From contig CBDCTZ010000016.1 of assembly GCA_965222375.1 (NCBI GenBank), forward strand, positions 3,264,001 through 3,328,000: 64,000 nucleotides of DNA, written 5' to 3'. Shown here in pieces: positions 29,749 to 38,878 of this stretch. The stretch's first letter is position 1. Every line of letters starts with the position of its first letter. Source of the DNA: Polyangiaceae bacterium. Its GTDB lineage: Bacteria > Myxococcota_A > Polyangia > Polyangiales > Polyangiaceae. Made by a program: the position numbers and the translations under genes. The notes beneath the pieces are model-generated. The model had not been told where the DNA came from. It worked only from the letters and a program-made list of their open reading frames with translations, and ran no database searches.

Positions 29749-30287
29749 AACCGATGACCGCTCTGTTGTGCTGCGCGCTCTTGGCCGCGGCGTGTGGCTC
29801 GAGCTCCGACGAAAGCAAGTCGCCCGGTCCGACTCCTGGCAGCGTCAGCTTCGTATCTGACGCCACGCCGTCTGGGGCCGCGGTTAGCCTCCGTGCCAAG
29901 GAGGTAACGGACGGCAAACTCGTGCTGGAAATCGTCGGCCACGACCTATCCAGGCTGTACGGTGTGGCGACTCGAGTGAGCGTCGATCCCGCAGCGCTCG
30001 GTTTCGAGAAGATGGAAGCCGGGCCCGTATGGCAAGGTGCTGGGGACGCCATCGTTCAAGCCAAAGAGGGCGCACCGGGCAAACTCGTCTTGGTGCTGAC
30101 CCGAAACGGCAAGCAGCCCGGTGTCGAGGCCCAGGATGCGGTGCTAGCGACGCTGCACTACAAGCGCTTGAATCAGGATCTCGAGACACCCGTGACCTTC
30201 GCGCCCGTTCGCAGCGCCATCTTTGGCGATGACGGCAGGCGAATTGATGGCGCGATATTCATCAGTGGTCAGCTCAAGCGCAACTAG
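29745..30287 (+). CDS. Cohesin-like domain lipoprotein
   Basis: AGGAGG RBS, ATGA overlap and lipobox LAAAC. Cohesin-like pattern LYGV...V.VDP..L.F....G...G.L.L..TR.G...GV....VLATL.Y...T.VTF...DDG. Confidence 0.72.
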   Translation: MKPMTALLCCALLAAACGSSSDESKSPGPTPGSVSFVSDATPSGAAVSLRAKEVTDGKLVLEIVGHDLSRLYGVATRVSVDPAALGFEKMEAGPVWQGAGDAIVQAKEGAPGKLVLVLTRNGKQPGVEAQDAVLATLHYKRLNQDLETPVTFAPVRSAIFGDDGRRIDGAIFISGQLKRN

Positions 30288-30391
30288 TCCGAGACGCGCT
30301 CAGAGTGTCGTTACGACCGAACAAGTATCCTTGGCTCGTGGATTGGTGGCATGCCGCGCCGCCACGGCGGTGCAGCGCTCGGTCAACGGGC

Positions 30392-30556
30392 TCAGGGGAT
30401 CGCTGCCGTACACAGGGGGCGGAGCCTGGTGCGATTGCGCTCCAAGCACATCAAGATGCGGCCACCGCCGGGCTTGATGCCCTTGCGGTGCTTCTTGATG
30501 TCCCGTGCGCAGACTAGGCGCCCTCGCACTGCTAGTCGCAGCTGCCTTCGCCGCAT
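30392..30556 (-). pseudogene. 54-aa small ORF or remnant carrying one bacterial cysteine-rich repeat
   Basis: Manual translation MRRRQLRLAVRGRLVCARDIKKHRKGIKPGGGRILMCLERNRTRLRPLCTAAIP. It is shorter than any ORF in the supplied track and has no signal peptide. Confidence 0.55.
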
Positions 30557-30984
30557 TGCGCCGGCGGCGCTAGGACGTCATTCGGCTTCAAGTCGAGCCC
30601 ATTCCCTCGCAGCGGAATTGGATTCGGATCGCAGTCGATGCAACGGCATGGCTTTTCGGCATAGAATGCCGAGTGGTGGCGCCAGCGCTCGTCGTAGATC
30701 CGTTCATAAACCTCTTTCATGCTGCCCGAGTGGCGGGGGTCGCTCGGATCCAAACGCACCGCCTTCCAAACTCGGGCGGTTGTGTTTCGTAGCCTAGCGC
30801 GCAGGTCTGGATCGACTTGTTCTATGTCGAAGGCGTTGACGTAGTCGCCCTTGTACATGTGTCTTGCCCAAATCAGCTCGCGGCGAGCCTTGTCATCCTG
30901 GCAGATCTGATGAAGCACGTCGACGTCGAATTCGTAATCGTCCTCATCGGCCTCCGGCGTGTTACATTCGATGTTTTCTTGCAT
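30532..30984 (-). CDS. Hypothetical protein
   Basis: Protein-like composition (acidic, aromatic, CxCxxC near the C-terminus) filling an intergenic gap. No family recognised. Confidence 0.5.
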   Translation of the reverse strand: MQENIECNTPEADEDDYEFDVDVLHQICQDDKARRELIWARHMYKGDYVNAFDIEQVDPDLRARLRNTTARVWKAVRLDPSDPRHSGSMKEVYERIYDERWRHHSAFYAEKPCRCIDCDPNPIPLRGNGLDLKPNDVLAPPAQCGEGSCD

Positions 30985-31092
30985 GCTCGCCGCGTCAGCA
31001 GGAGGTGTGCCATCGGAATGCTCCGGGCAGATCCCGCATGTTGACTGGCGAACGCTCGGCTCGCCACTGGCGGTGGCCATGTGCCGATATGG

Positions 31093-33048
31093 TCAGCCGC
31101 GCCGCGCGCGGCGCTTGCGCGCGCGCACCAGGCCCGCCAGGCCGAGCAGCGCCAACATGAGTTGGGGCGGGGTTGGCGCTCGACGGGGTGTGCGACAGCC
31201 GCATCCGCCATCATCGTCACCACCTCCCCCACTGCTCACGCCTCCCGACCCAGCTGCTCCGGCGCTGCCACCAGCAGCCGCGCTGGCTCCCGCTCCCGCA
31301 ACTCCCGCGCTCCCTCCGCCGGAGCCTGCGACACCTCCGGCGCCGCCCTGACCGCCAGCACCACCGGCACCAGCTGTTCCGGGGGTGTTTCGGGCTTTGG
31401 GCGAGATGTTGGGCGTCAGGCCAGAGCCGGTCTCCAGCAAACGCCCCAACCAGTAGGCCGCGTGGAACCCGCCACCAGGATTGAGCCGGGTGGTGCCAGT
31501 GCTGTTCACCCGATGGGGATCCGAGCGAAACTCGAAGTTGCTCGGTGGGCGAATTCGCATCGGGACCGGCGCGGTGGCAACGACGATGTCGTTCCAACCC
31601 TTGCCGGACTCGAGCGTGATCGGCGTACCGTCCGTGCCGAGGCAGCTTCCTTTGGCGATCTCAGCGGCGTCGCAGTTTTCGACCGCGACGTCCCAATAGG
31701 GCGCTGAGGGGTGCTCCGTCATCATAGACACACCGTCGCTGAGCGCGGTCTTGCCAGGTCCCAGCGAGCCACCGGAGCGAAAGCCAGCGTAGATGAAGTC
31801 GAAGAGCGCTTGCTTGCTGCCTTCTGGCTGTCGCGGCTTGCCCGGCGCGTACAAGTGTTGGTGCAAGATGTCCCGACTGCGCTTTGCCAAGGCGGGATCG
31901 CCTTCGTACCGCAGCAAACCGTAAATGCTGACGAAGGCCATGTTCACGTTGGAGTAGTTGGTGTTGGTCCCTGTGTACATCAAGCTCACGCTGCTTTCGA
32001 CGACGTCGAAGTACTTCCGCTTGGTCACGAGTTCGTCGTAGTAGAACTTCTCGAGGGTTGGGTCGCCGGTGATGTGATACAGGGTTCGGATTGCGCCCAG
32101 GGCCATCAGCGCGTTGAAGCCGTTGATCGGGCTGCCCCAAACGACGCCCGGCGAGATCTCTTCCGCGCTGATGTCGTGGAAAGACGTGGGGCGCCCATCC
32201 GCGTCCATCAGAACCAAATCCGCTGTTTGCGCTGCATTGACCAAGACCTTTTTCATTAGGGATTGGCCCAGGGCTTTCGCGTCGTCGATCAAGGGTGTGA
32301 GGGCTGAAGCGGGAATGGACGGATCGGCGTGCGCGGCGTCGTACACCGCACCGAGCGCCATCACATAGCCGATGAACTGGTCCTTGCTCGTGTCGTCGAG
32401 CCAGATCAAAAATGGCAGCTTGCCCGAGCCGTCCGCGCGCCAGGTCGGCACCTTCTTGGCGGGCTGGGGCTTGCCATTCGAGTCGAAGAGAGGAACCGCG
32501 GGTTGCGGCGAGCCCGGAAGCGGTGGGTCGCCAGCAGCGGGCTGGTGCCGGTAAATCCCTCGAGCAAACACTCCGGGTACGCCGGTGACCTGCTGGTACC
32601 AGTGCAGCCCCTGCATCGCCGCAAGCAGATGCGCGCGAGCTGCGTCCACCTCGGCCTTGGGTGCTCCGCTATCCCGCAGCACCACATAGCGAAAAGCATC
32701 TCCCGCCGCCTGGACACCTCCGAACATCCCGAGATCGCCGTGCTCCCCGTAGGCGTCGACGACCTGGTACGGGTGCTTGCCGGTTTGAGCCTTGAAGTCC
32801 GTCGAACTCGACGCCATGAAGGCATCGATCACCGCGCGGTCAGCGGGTTTGGATACGTATGCTTCCAATCCGAACCCCAGCGAAGGCGTCATGATGGCGT
32901 GGATTTGGCGCTCGAAGCCGCTTGCCTTCTTCGCCAACCCAGCGTCATGACCCACCTCACCGGGGCCCGGGAGCAGAGCAGGCGCGGCGACGGCGCACGG
33001 AGAAACGAGTAGCGAAGCAGCGACGATGGTTCGGGCCAGGTTGCGCAT
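31093..33048 (-). CDS. Secreted MYXO-CTERM-anchored protein, helical core (possible alpha/alpha-toroid enzyme)
   Basis: Signal peptide ending AVA, Gly linker, then DDGGCGC, a hydrophobic helix and ARKRRARR. Confidence 0.8.
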   Translation of the reverse strand: MRNLARTIVAASLLVSPCAVAAPALLPGPGEVGHDAGLAKKASGFERQIHAIMTPSLGFGLEAYVSKPADRAVIDAFMASSSTDFKAQTGKHPYQVVDAYGEHGDLGMFGGVQAAGDAFRYVVLRDSGAPKAEVDAARAHLLAAMQGLHWYQQVTGVPGVFARGIYRHQPAAGDPPLPGSPQPAVPLFDSNGKPQPAKKVPTWRADGSGKLPFLIWLDDTSKDQFIGYVMALGAVYDAAHADPSIPASALTPLIDDAKALGQSLMKKVLVNAAQTADLVLMDADGRPTSFHDISAEEISPGVVWGSPINGFNALMALGAIRTLYHITGDPTLEKFYYDELVTKRKYFDVVESSVSLMYTGTNTNYSNVNMAFVSIYGLLRYEGDPALAKRSRDILHQHLYAPGKPRQPEGSKQALFDFIYAGFRSGGSLGPGKTALSDGVSMMTEHPSAPYWDVAVENCDAAEIAKGSCLGTDGTPITLESGKGWNDIVVATAPVPMRIRPPSNFEFRSDPHRVNSTGTTRLNPGGGFHAAYWLGRLLETGSGLTPNISPKARNTPGTAGAGGAGGQGGAGGVAGSGGGSAGVAGAGASAAAGGSAGAAGSGGVSSGGGGDDDGGCGCRTPRRAPTPPQLMLALLGLAGLVRARKRRARRG

Positions 33049-33152
33049 GGCCGCGAGCCTAGCAAAAGGCCCCCTGGGATCCAGCTGCGCCCTGGTCGTC
33101 TCTCTGCGGATGCTCGTTGACGGCGGCCGCTACGGGACGCACAGTGGGCGAT

Positions 33153-33890
33153 ATGCGCAGCGCCAATCCCGCCCTGAAGGAGTCCGTATTCAAGGGCCTT
33201 GATTCGCTTGCGGGCGACCCCAAGGTCATGACCCTGCAGGGCGCCGTCAACAAAACCGGCTTCCTGCTGCTCGTGCTCATAGCGACCGCGACCTTCACCT
33301 GGCAATTCGTGATGGCTGGCGGCGCCTACCAGCCCTTCCTGGTAGTTGGCGTTATCGGCGGGCTCATCTTCGCCCTGATCACGATCTTCAAGAAGACCTG
33401 GGCGCCCGTCACCAGCGTCATCTACGCGGCATTCGAAGGCTTGGTGCTCGGAGGGATCTCGGCGTTAGCCGAGAGCATGTATCCCGGCATCGCCTTTCAG
33501 GCTGTTGCCCTCACTTTCGGGACACTGGGCTGTCTGCTGGCCGCTTACACCACCCGTCTGATCAAACCCACCGAGAACTTCAAGTTGGGCATCGTCGCCG
33601 CCACCGGCGGGATCGCGATGCTGTACCTCGCTAGTTTCGCCCTCAGGCTCTTCGGCATCAATTTTCCGTACATTCACGAAAGCGGGCTGATCGGAATCGG
33701 CTTCAGCATGTTCGTCGTCGTGATCGCGGCGCTGAACTTGGTGCTCGACTTCGACTTCATCGAAACCGGCGCTGCCGAAAAGGCGCCGAAGTATATGGAG
33801 TGGTACGCGGCCTTCGGCCTGATGATGACCCTGATCTGGCTCTACATCGAGATCCTTCACCTACTGATGAAGCTGCAGCGCCGCGACTAG
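33153..33890 (+). CDS. Bax inhibitor-1/YccA family membrane protein
   Basis: MRSANP, MTLQGAVNKT, YAAFEG, LVLDFDFIE and APKYMEWYAAFGL..TLIWLYIEIL. Confidence 0.92.
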   Translation: MRSANPALKESVFKGLDSLAGDPKVMTLQGAVNKTGFLLLVLIATATFTWQFVMAGGAYQPFLVVGVIGGLIFALITIFKKTWAPVTSVIYAAFEGLVLGGISALAESMYPGIAFQAVALTFGTLGCLLAAYTTRLIKPTENFKLGIVAATGGIAMLYLASFALRLFGINFPYIHESGLIGIGFSMFVVVIAALNLVLDFDFIETGAAEKAPKYMEWYAAFGLMMTLIWLYIEILHLLMKLQRRD

Positions 33891-34149
33891 AGTTGCCCCC
33901 GTTGCAGCGGCGCAACCCGCGGCCGGGCGGGACGTGCGCGTCGTAATACATAGATGGTTGGCAACCGCGATGCTTTGAGGCGCGATGGAGCGTCTGGGCG
34001 TTGCTGTAACGGTACCTCCGCAACCGAGTGGCCTTGTCTTGGGCAAGAGCGCTGGTGTGAGCAGCTAGGTGCCAATGAGCGCTGCACGCCCAAGGAGCGC
34101 ATCGACGCGGCTGTTGCGTGCTGCAGACAAATTCGCAATCATGTTGGTC

Positions 34150-34911
34150 ATGAGCAAACGGGAACTGTTGGAGTCGCTTGCTGTCACGATTGCGGTTGCA
34201 ATGCTGGCGCCGTCGGCGCTGGCATCGAGCGGGAGAATTGAAAACAAGTTTGCTGCACGCAGCCAAACCCTGCCGAAGTACACGCTACGCTTGGACGACG
34301 GACCTTACTGGCCTCTTCCGGCAGGTGTGATCGAGACGACGTTCCTCGAGGTCAACGACCAACGGGACACGGAAACGACTCTGAACTTCGGGGCAGGGTT
34401 TGGGCTAATCGAAAACCTCGAAGTTGGCGTGCACCTGGTCAAGTTCAACAGTTCCAAGCTGGCCGCGCCAAGCTTCTACGGGCAGTTTCGTTTTCTTCCA
34501 GAGAAGGCCGTTGAACTCAGCGCTTTTGCCGAGGTCACGCCGCGCTTCGGCGACGATCCGAGTTTCTTGCTCGGCATGCCGGTCTCGTTCCATCTTGGAG
34601 ACAGCGTTCGCCTGGACACCGGGCCGTTCATCTTGTTTCCACTCGAGACGAACATCGATACCGTGTTCATCGCACCGCTTCAGGTTCCAATCAACGTGAC
34701 CGACCAGGTGTTCTTGGGCCCGGAAGCTGGCCTGTTCTTGCCGGAGTTCAAGAACGAAATATTCCTGGCTGGATTCTTCGTCGGCTACACGATCCCCACA
34801 GCGAGCGGCGCCTTCGGCGACGTCGGCGGACGCTTCCGCCTGCCCAACCTCGACATCGGCTTCGACGTGTTCCAAATTATGGCGGAGCTTTCGATCTACT
34901 TCGACTTCTAG
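34150..34911 (+). CDS. Putative outer-membrane beta-barrel protein
   Basis: Signal peptide ending ALA, alternating beta-strand pattern and C-terminal ELSIYFDF. Confidence 0.65.
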   Translation: MSKRELLESLAVTIAVAMLAPSALASSGRIENKFAARSQTLPKYTLRLDDGPYWPLPAGVIETTFLEVNDQRDTETTLNFGAGFGLIENLEVGVHLVKFNSSKLAAPSFYGQFRFLPEKAVELSAFAEVTPRFGDDPSFLLGMPVSFHLGDSVRLDTGPFILFPLETNIDTVFIAPLQVPINVTDQVFLGPEAGLFLPEFKNEIFLAGFFVGYTIPTASGAFGDVGGRFRLPNLDIGFDVFQIMAELSIYFDF

Positions 34912-34942
34912 CCGCCCGACGGCCCGCGACTGCGCGCCTCCG

Positions 34943-35971
34943 TCAAACCAGCATGCGCACGCCGTGACTCGGATCCCGGGTGCCGATCTCGAGCGCGGCA
35001 GAGCGCGTTGTCACTGTGAAGGGCGCGCGACCTGCGAGATCCAGGGTTAGGCGAGCTTCGGCAATCTTCGAATTGAGGCAGTGGGTCATCGCGCCGTCGG
35101 GGTTTTCGTAATACAAGCCGCCGAAATCGTCCGTGGCGGCGAATATTTCGCCCTCGACGCGGGCCTGGGGGCCCGTGGCGGTGAAACGCCAGCTGCGCGG
35201 TGTGATCTCACCGCGATTCTTGAGCAGGCTCTTGGGTGCATTGAGATCGAAACGCACGCCGCGGTGGCGCACACACAACAGCGTCAACGGTGGCGCAAGA
35301 ATCGGCCCGACTCGGACGCGTCCGGTCAAGCCCTCAACGACGAGCTCATCACTTTCGTGCCACTGGTTGCAGTGTGCCCAGGCGTATTTCTCAGCGTGCC
35401 CGCGCCCCCAGTTGTGTCCCTGCATGCCGCGCCAGGCGTCGACCTCCACACGCTTACCATCCACCAAATAGTGTCCCGAGAAGCGCGAGTCAGGGTGGGG
35501 TGTGACCAGCTTACTGCTTGGTAGCTTGGCCTCGTACATCTTCATGTACGGAAACGGCACGAGGGCAGGGGAGTCGGTCGTGAAGTTCAGATCCCACTCG
35601 ATGCGGTGGCCGTCGTGTTCGATGCTGCCGCGGGTGCGACCGTTGTCCATTTCGACGTCCGCGACGCGCACGGCGTACTTCTGCGCGGAGAAAGACGTTT
35701 CGTCGAAGGGTATCTCGTTCTTCACGCCGACCGCCGGGCTGCCGCGATCGAATGCGATGGCCCAGGCTTCGCCCATGGCTTCGTGGCCGTGTTTCTTCAG
35801 GATGGTCGCTTTGAGCCAGAGAGCACGTCCCTCGTCAGCGCTGTTGAGCTTGATGAAGTAGCTCTCCACATGGCCGCTCTGGCTGCCGTCGAAGCGCACG
35901 GCATTCCAATCCCGCATCACGGCGTATTGTTCGGATAGATCCGCAGCTTCGTTCATGGTGGTAGTTGCCAT
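34943..35971 (-). CDS. Tocopherol cyclase-like (AttH/lipocalin-type beta) protein
   Basis: ESYFIK..., then GMQGHNWGRGHAEKYAWAHCN, resembling the tocopherol-cyclase NWG..W..CN motif. TAATG overlap with the upstream GMC gene. Confidence 0.6.
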   Translation of the reverse strand: MATTTMNEAADLSEQYAVMRDWNAVRFDGSQSGHVESYFIKLNSADEGRALWLKATILKKHGHEAMGEAWAIAFDRGSPAVGVKNEIPFDETSFSAQKYAVRVADVEMDNGRTRGSIEHDGHRIEWDLNFTTDSPALVPFPYMKMYEAKLPSSKLVTPHPDSRFSGHYLVDGKRVEVDAWRGMQGHNWGRGHAEKYAWAHCNQWHESDELVVEGLTGRVRVGPILAPPLTLLCVRHRGVRFDLNAPKSLLKNRGEITPRSWRFTATGPQARVEGEIFAATDDFGGLYYENPDGAMTHCLNSKIAEARLTLDLAGRAPFTVTTRSAALEIGTRDPSHGVRMLV

Positions 35972-38460
35972 TAGGCCTCAACTTTCGTCAGCGCGAAACT
36001 CCTCAAAAACTGCACGATATCCGCGCTGAAATCGAAGTCCACGCTGGCGGCGCCAATTTCCTCTCCGGCGTCGTTCAGCAGACGCCCTGGCAAGCGGGTC
36101 ATCGAAAACAGCGGCGCTCGGATCTGAAAACGCTTGTGGCCGACAAAGCGATAGCTGCGTCCGTCGTCGCCCGTGAAGGACAGAGCGTAGGGCAACTTAC
36201 CCGTACGGATCAGGTCCATTCCCAATGTGCCTTCGGCAGGCTGAGCGGTTGCCAGGCCTTCGGCTGTGAGCTCCCCAGTGATGCGTACCTCTCGTCGAGC
36301 CGCAAACTCAGCAAGGCTGCGAGACTCTGCGCGGATCGTGAAAGACAGCTCGTGCACCGAATCGTCACTGCGGCGTGTCCAGGTTCCGCTCATGGTTTCC
36401 TCGAAAGCGAAACCAGCTTCTTGCTCCGGCAACTTCGCCGCGGTCTGCCTCTGTGGTCGATCCAGGCGCGCGTCGATGATCTCCCCACTGCGCAGCGCCA
36501 TCGCCATGATCGTCAGCTGCGGATTCACTCCGAGGCTCGACGGCACCGCGCTGCCGTCCACTACGTACAGCGCTTCCGTGTCGTGCACTTCATGGTCCGG
36601 CCCCAAACAACTCCGCGCCGGGTCGGTGCCAACGCGACAAGTCCCCAGGGGATGATACGCGCTGACCTCGAAGTCCCCGGGCGAAAGACGGCGCTGGCGC
36701 AAGCGCTCCACGTCCTCTTGGCAGTTGATGACCGCATCCCGATGCACGAAGGGCAGCACGCGCTTCGCGCCGGCTTTCAGGAATACCTCGGAGAGCAGCG
36801 CGATGCCTTTTTGCATGCGCTCCAAGTCGTGCCGGTTCAGATCGTAGCGAATAATGGGCAATCCCTTGGGGCCGGCGAATACCTCGCCCCGACCCGTGTC
36901 CTGCACCAAGAGGCCGAAACTCGCCAGGTGTGAATAGTCCGCCATGAGCTGCATGAATTCATCGCCGACCCAGGGCACGCTGATCGCTGCAACATCCATG
37001 GGCACCGATGCGCCTTCACACAGGATCCCCTCATGATGCAGGCTGTCGATGGAGTAGCCCTGGGGAATGCCCCGAGACATGTCGATGACTTCATCGAAGA
37101 GCGCCAGCACCTTGGTGGCCGGGTGAATCGACAGGTTCTTCCCCAAGTAGCGATTGCCTCGAAGGACGCCACTGCGTTTCAAGAGCAGCGGCGTGAGCAA
37201 CGCGCCGCCCGCAACCACCACGCTCTCGGCTTTTACCTGCATGTGCCGCCCCGAACGAAGTCGCGCTTCGATGCCTCGTGCGTGGCCGCCCTTCACGACC
37301 ACCCGCTCCACTTGGGCAGCGGTCACAAGGTGAGCGCCATTGGATAGTGCGCCGGGCACGTAGCTCACATCCGTGCTGCGCTTGGCGCCAGTCGGGCAAC
37401 CGAAGCAACACACGCCCTGACCGTCGCAGTCCGGCGCGTTGCGCAACAGGGGCGCGTGCTTCAAGCCCAGAGCTTCCGCACCCCGTGCGATCACTCGCGC
37501 CGAGCCCCCCAAATAGCGGGGATCTGCCGGCGCCACCTGCAGCATGCTCTCGACCCGATCGTAGAACGGGTCCAACTCTTTGCGGCTGAGCATCGACAGG
37601 CCATAACGGCTGCCCCAGCGCGATAGCGTCCGTTCTGGCGCGCGGTAGCAAGTGCCAGAGTTGATTGTCGTGGTGCCGCCCACGGTGCGCCCGGCCCATA
37701 CGGGAGCCGCCACGTTGCCTAAGGCAACCGTGCCGCCCTTGCCCACGTACATTTGCGAATACGCCAAGGTGGGCCGCCCCGAGAACTCTGTGCGCTTGTG
37801 GTAGTCGCCCGCTTCGACCATCAACACGGCGCGACCGCGCCGCGCCAGCTCATAGGCCACTGCGGCGCCACCAGCCCCGGTGCCGATCACGACGACCTCA
37901 CACTCCAGCTCGAGGTCGTCTTCGACTTCCCGCCCGTTGATCACCCCCTGCATCCAGCGCTCGGTTTCGGTCGTGGTGGGTGTGTCCACCTTGCGCCGAC
38001 ACCCCACATGCTCGAACATGCTGTCGTCGTCGAAATGCGCTGCCTTGAGCGGTGTCAAGATCATGCGTAGCGCCCAACGAAGCTGCTTCGACGCGCTCTC
38101 GTTCCACCGCACGAGCATTCGCTGCCGCGTGTCGACGGAGAGATCCGAAAAGCGCTTGCGGCGTGTCGGAAGCGTTGCCGCGTCGATGACGCCGAGGGCG
38201 GCACGAACTCCGCGAGTCACGTCAGGCCCCAATCGATGCAGCATCTCTTCGAAGCGCACCATCGTTTCTCCCGAGCCCCCCGGCAATCCGTGCCCGCTTG
38301 GCATTGCCGCTTCCGCCAGTCGCAAAGCGATCCGAGCATGGCGCTCTCCCAAGTGCGCCCGCGGCGCCCTTGGCCGCACTTCCCCGACCGCCTCGACCCG
38401 ACTGACCTCGTCCGCCCCGAGCTCCTCGTCGCTCACCACCCTCAGCTGCGCCGTTTGCAT
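35971..38460 (-). CDS. GMC-family FAD oxidoreductase with N-terminal helical and extra C-terminal domains
   Basis: VIGTGAGG, GRTVGGTTTIN, C.GCPTGAKRS, SAYHPLGTCR, VDGS.VP..LGVNPQLTI and a C-terminal FEETMSG domain. Confidence 0.9.
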   Translation of the reverse strand: MQTAQLRVVSDEELGADEVSRVEAVGEVRPRAPRAHLGERHARIALRLAEAAMPSGHGLPGGSGETMVRFEEMLHRLGPDVTRGVRAALGVIDAATLPTRRKRFSDLSVDTRQRMLVRWNESASKQLRWALRMILTPLKAAHFDDDSMFEHVGCRRKVDTPTTTETERWMQGVINGREVEDDLELECEVVVIGTGAGGAAVAYELARRGRAVLMVEAGDYHKRTEFSGRPTLAYSQMYVGKGGTVALGNVAAPVWAGRTVGGTTTINSGTCYRAPERTLSRWGSRYGLSMLSRKELDPFYDRVESMLQVAPADPRYLGGSARVIARGAEALGLKHAPLLRNAPDCDGQGVCCFGCPTGAKRSTDVSYVPGALSNGAHLVTAAQVERVVVKGGHARGIEARLRSGRHMQVKAESVVVAGGALLTPLLLKRSGVLRGNRYLGKNLSIHPATKVLALFDEVIDMSRGIPQGYSIDSLHHEGILCEGASVPMDVAAISVPWVGDEFMQLMADYSHLASFGLLVQDTGRGEVFAGPKGLPIIRYDLNRHDLERMQKGIALLSEVFLKAGAKRVLPFVHRDAVINCQEDVERLRQRRLSPGDFEVSAYHPLGTCRVGTDPARSCLGPDHEVHDTEALYVVDGSAVPSSLGVNPQLTIMAMALRSGEIIDARLDRPQRQTAAKLPEQEAGFAFEETMSGTWTRRSDDSVHELSFTIRAESRSLAEFAARREVRITGELTAEGLATAQPAEGTLGMDLIRTGKLPYALSFTGDDGRSYRFVGHKRFQIRAPLFSMTRLPGRLLNDAGEEIGAASVDFDFSADIVQFLRSFALTKVEA

Positions 38461-38464
38461 GAAT

Positions 38465-38491
38465 ATTCTGTAAACGCAGAATCTACAGAAT
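38465..38491. promoter_or_regulatory. Inverted-repeat operator candidate upstream of the GMC operon
   Basis: ATTCTGTA-N11-TACAGAAT, an AT-rich perfect 8-bp inverted repeat ending 4 nt from the GMC start codon. Confidence 0.5.
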
Positions 38492-38704
38492 GCAACAGTC
38501 GCCTAGTTTTTCGGGGAATTGCTCGACCTTCGCTCCCTAAGATGCCTCGTTGCAGGCCCGCCTCCGCCAGCCCGCCGGCAGTGGTTTTTTGGGGGGTGGG
38601 CCACCCAGCACGTCATCGACAGTTCTTCGAGGCCCGACCTCCGCCGCCGCACACACCTGATACCCCGCCACCGCACGACGCCTCGCTACCGCACGAACCC
38701 GCAC

Positions 38705-38878
38705 TGCATCGCACATGGAGCCCACGCAACACGCGGGTGGGCACGCTTGGTCGGTCTGCGGCGCACCGAGTTGCGCGAAAGCGCCACTGCCACGCGTACT
38801 GCCTCGTCGCAGGCGCTGCGCGGCACGTTGCATCGCACATGGAGCCCACCTAGCACGCGGGTGGGCACGCTTGGTCGG
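38705..38878. repeat. Two 50-bp direct repeats with internal hairpin (REP-like)
   Basis: 38705-38754 and 38829-38878 match at 47/50. Each has a GCCCAC...GTGGGC stem. Confidence 0.85.

Noticed and set aside
33891..34149. Small ORFs in the gap between the YccA-like and barrel genes
   Set aside because: No RBS, motif or protein-like composition; probably promoter region.
38705..38878. CRISPR mini-array interpretation of the 50-bp repeats
   Set aside because: Only two units, a long repeat, a 74-bp spacer and no cas genes in the window.
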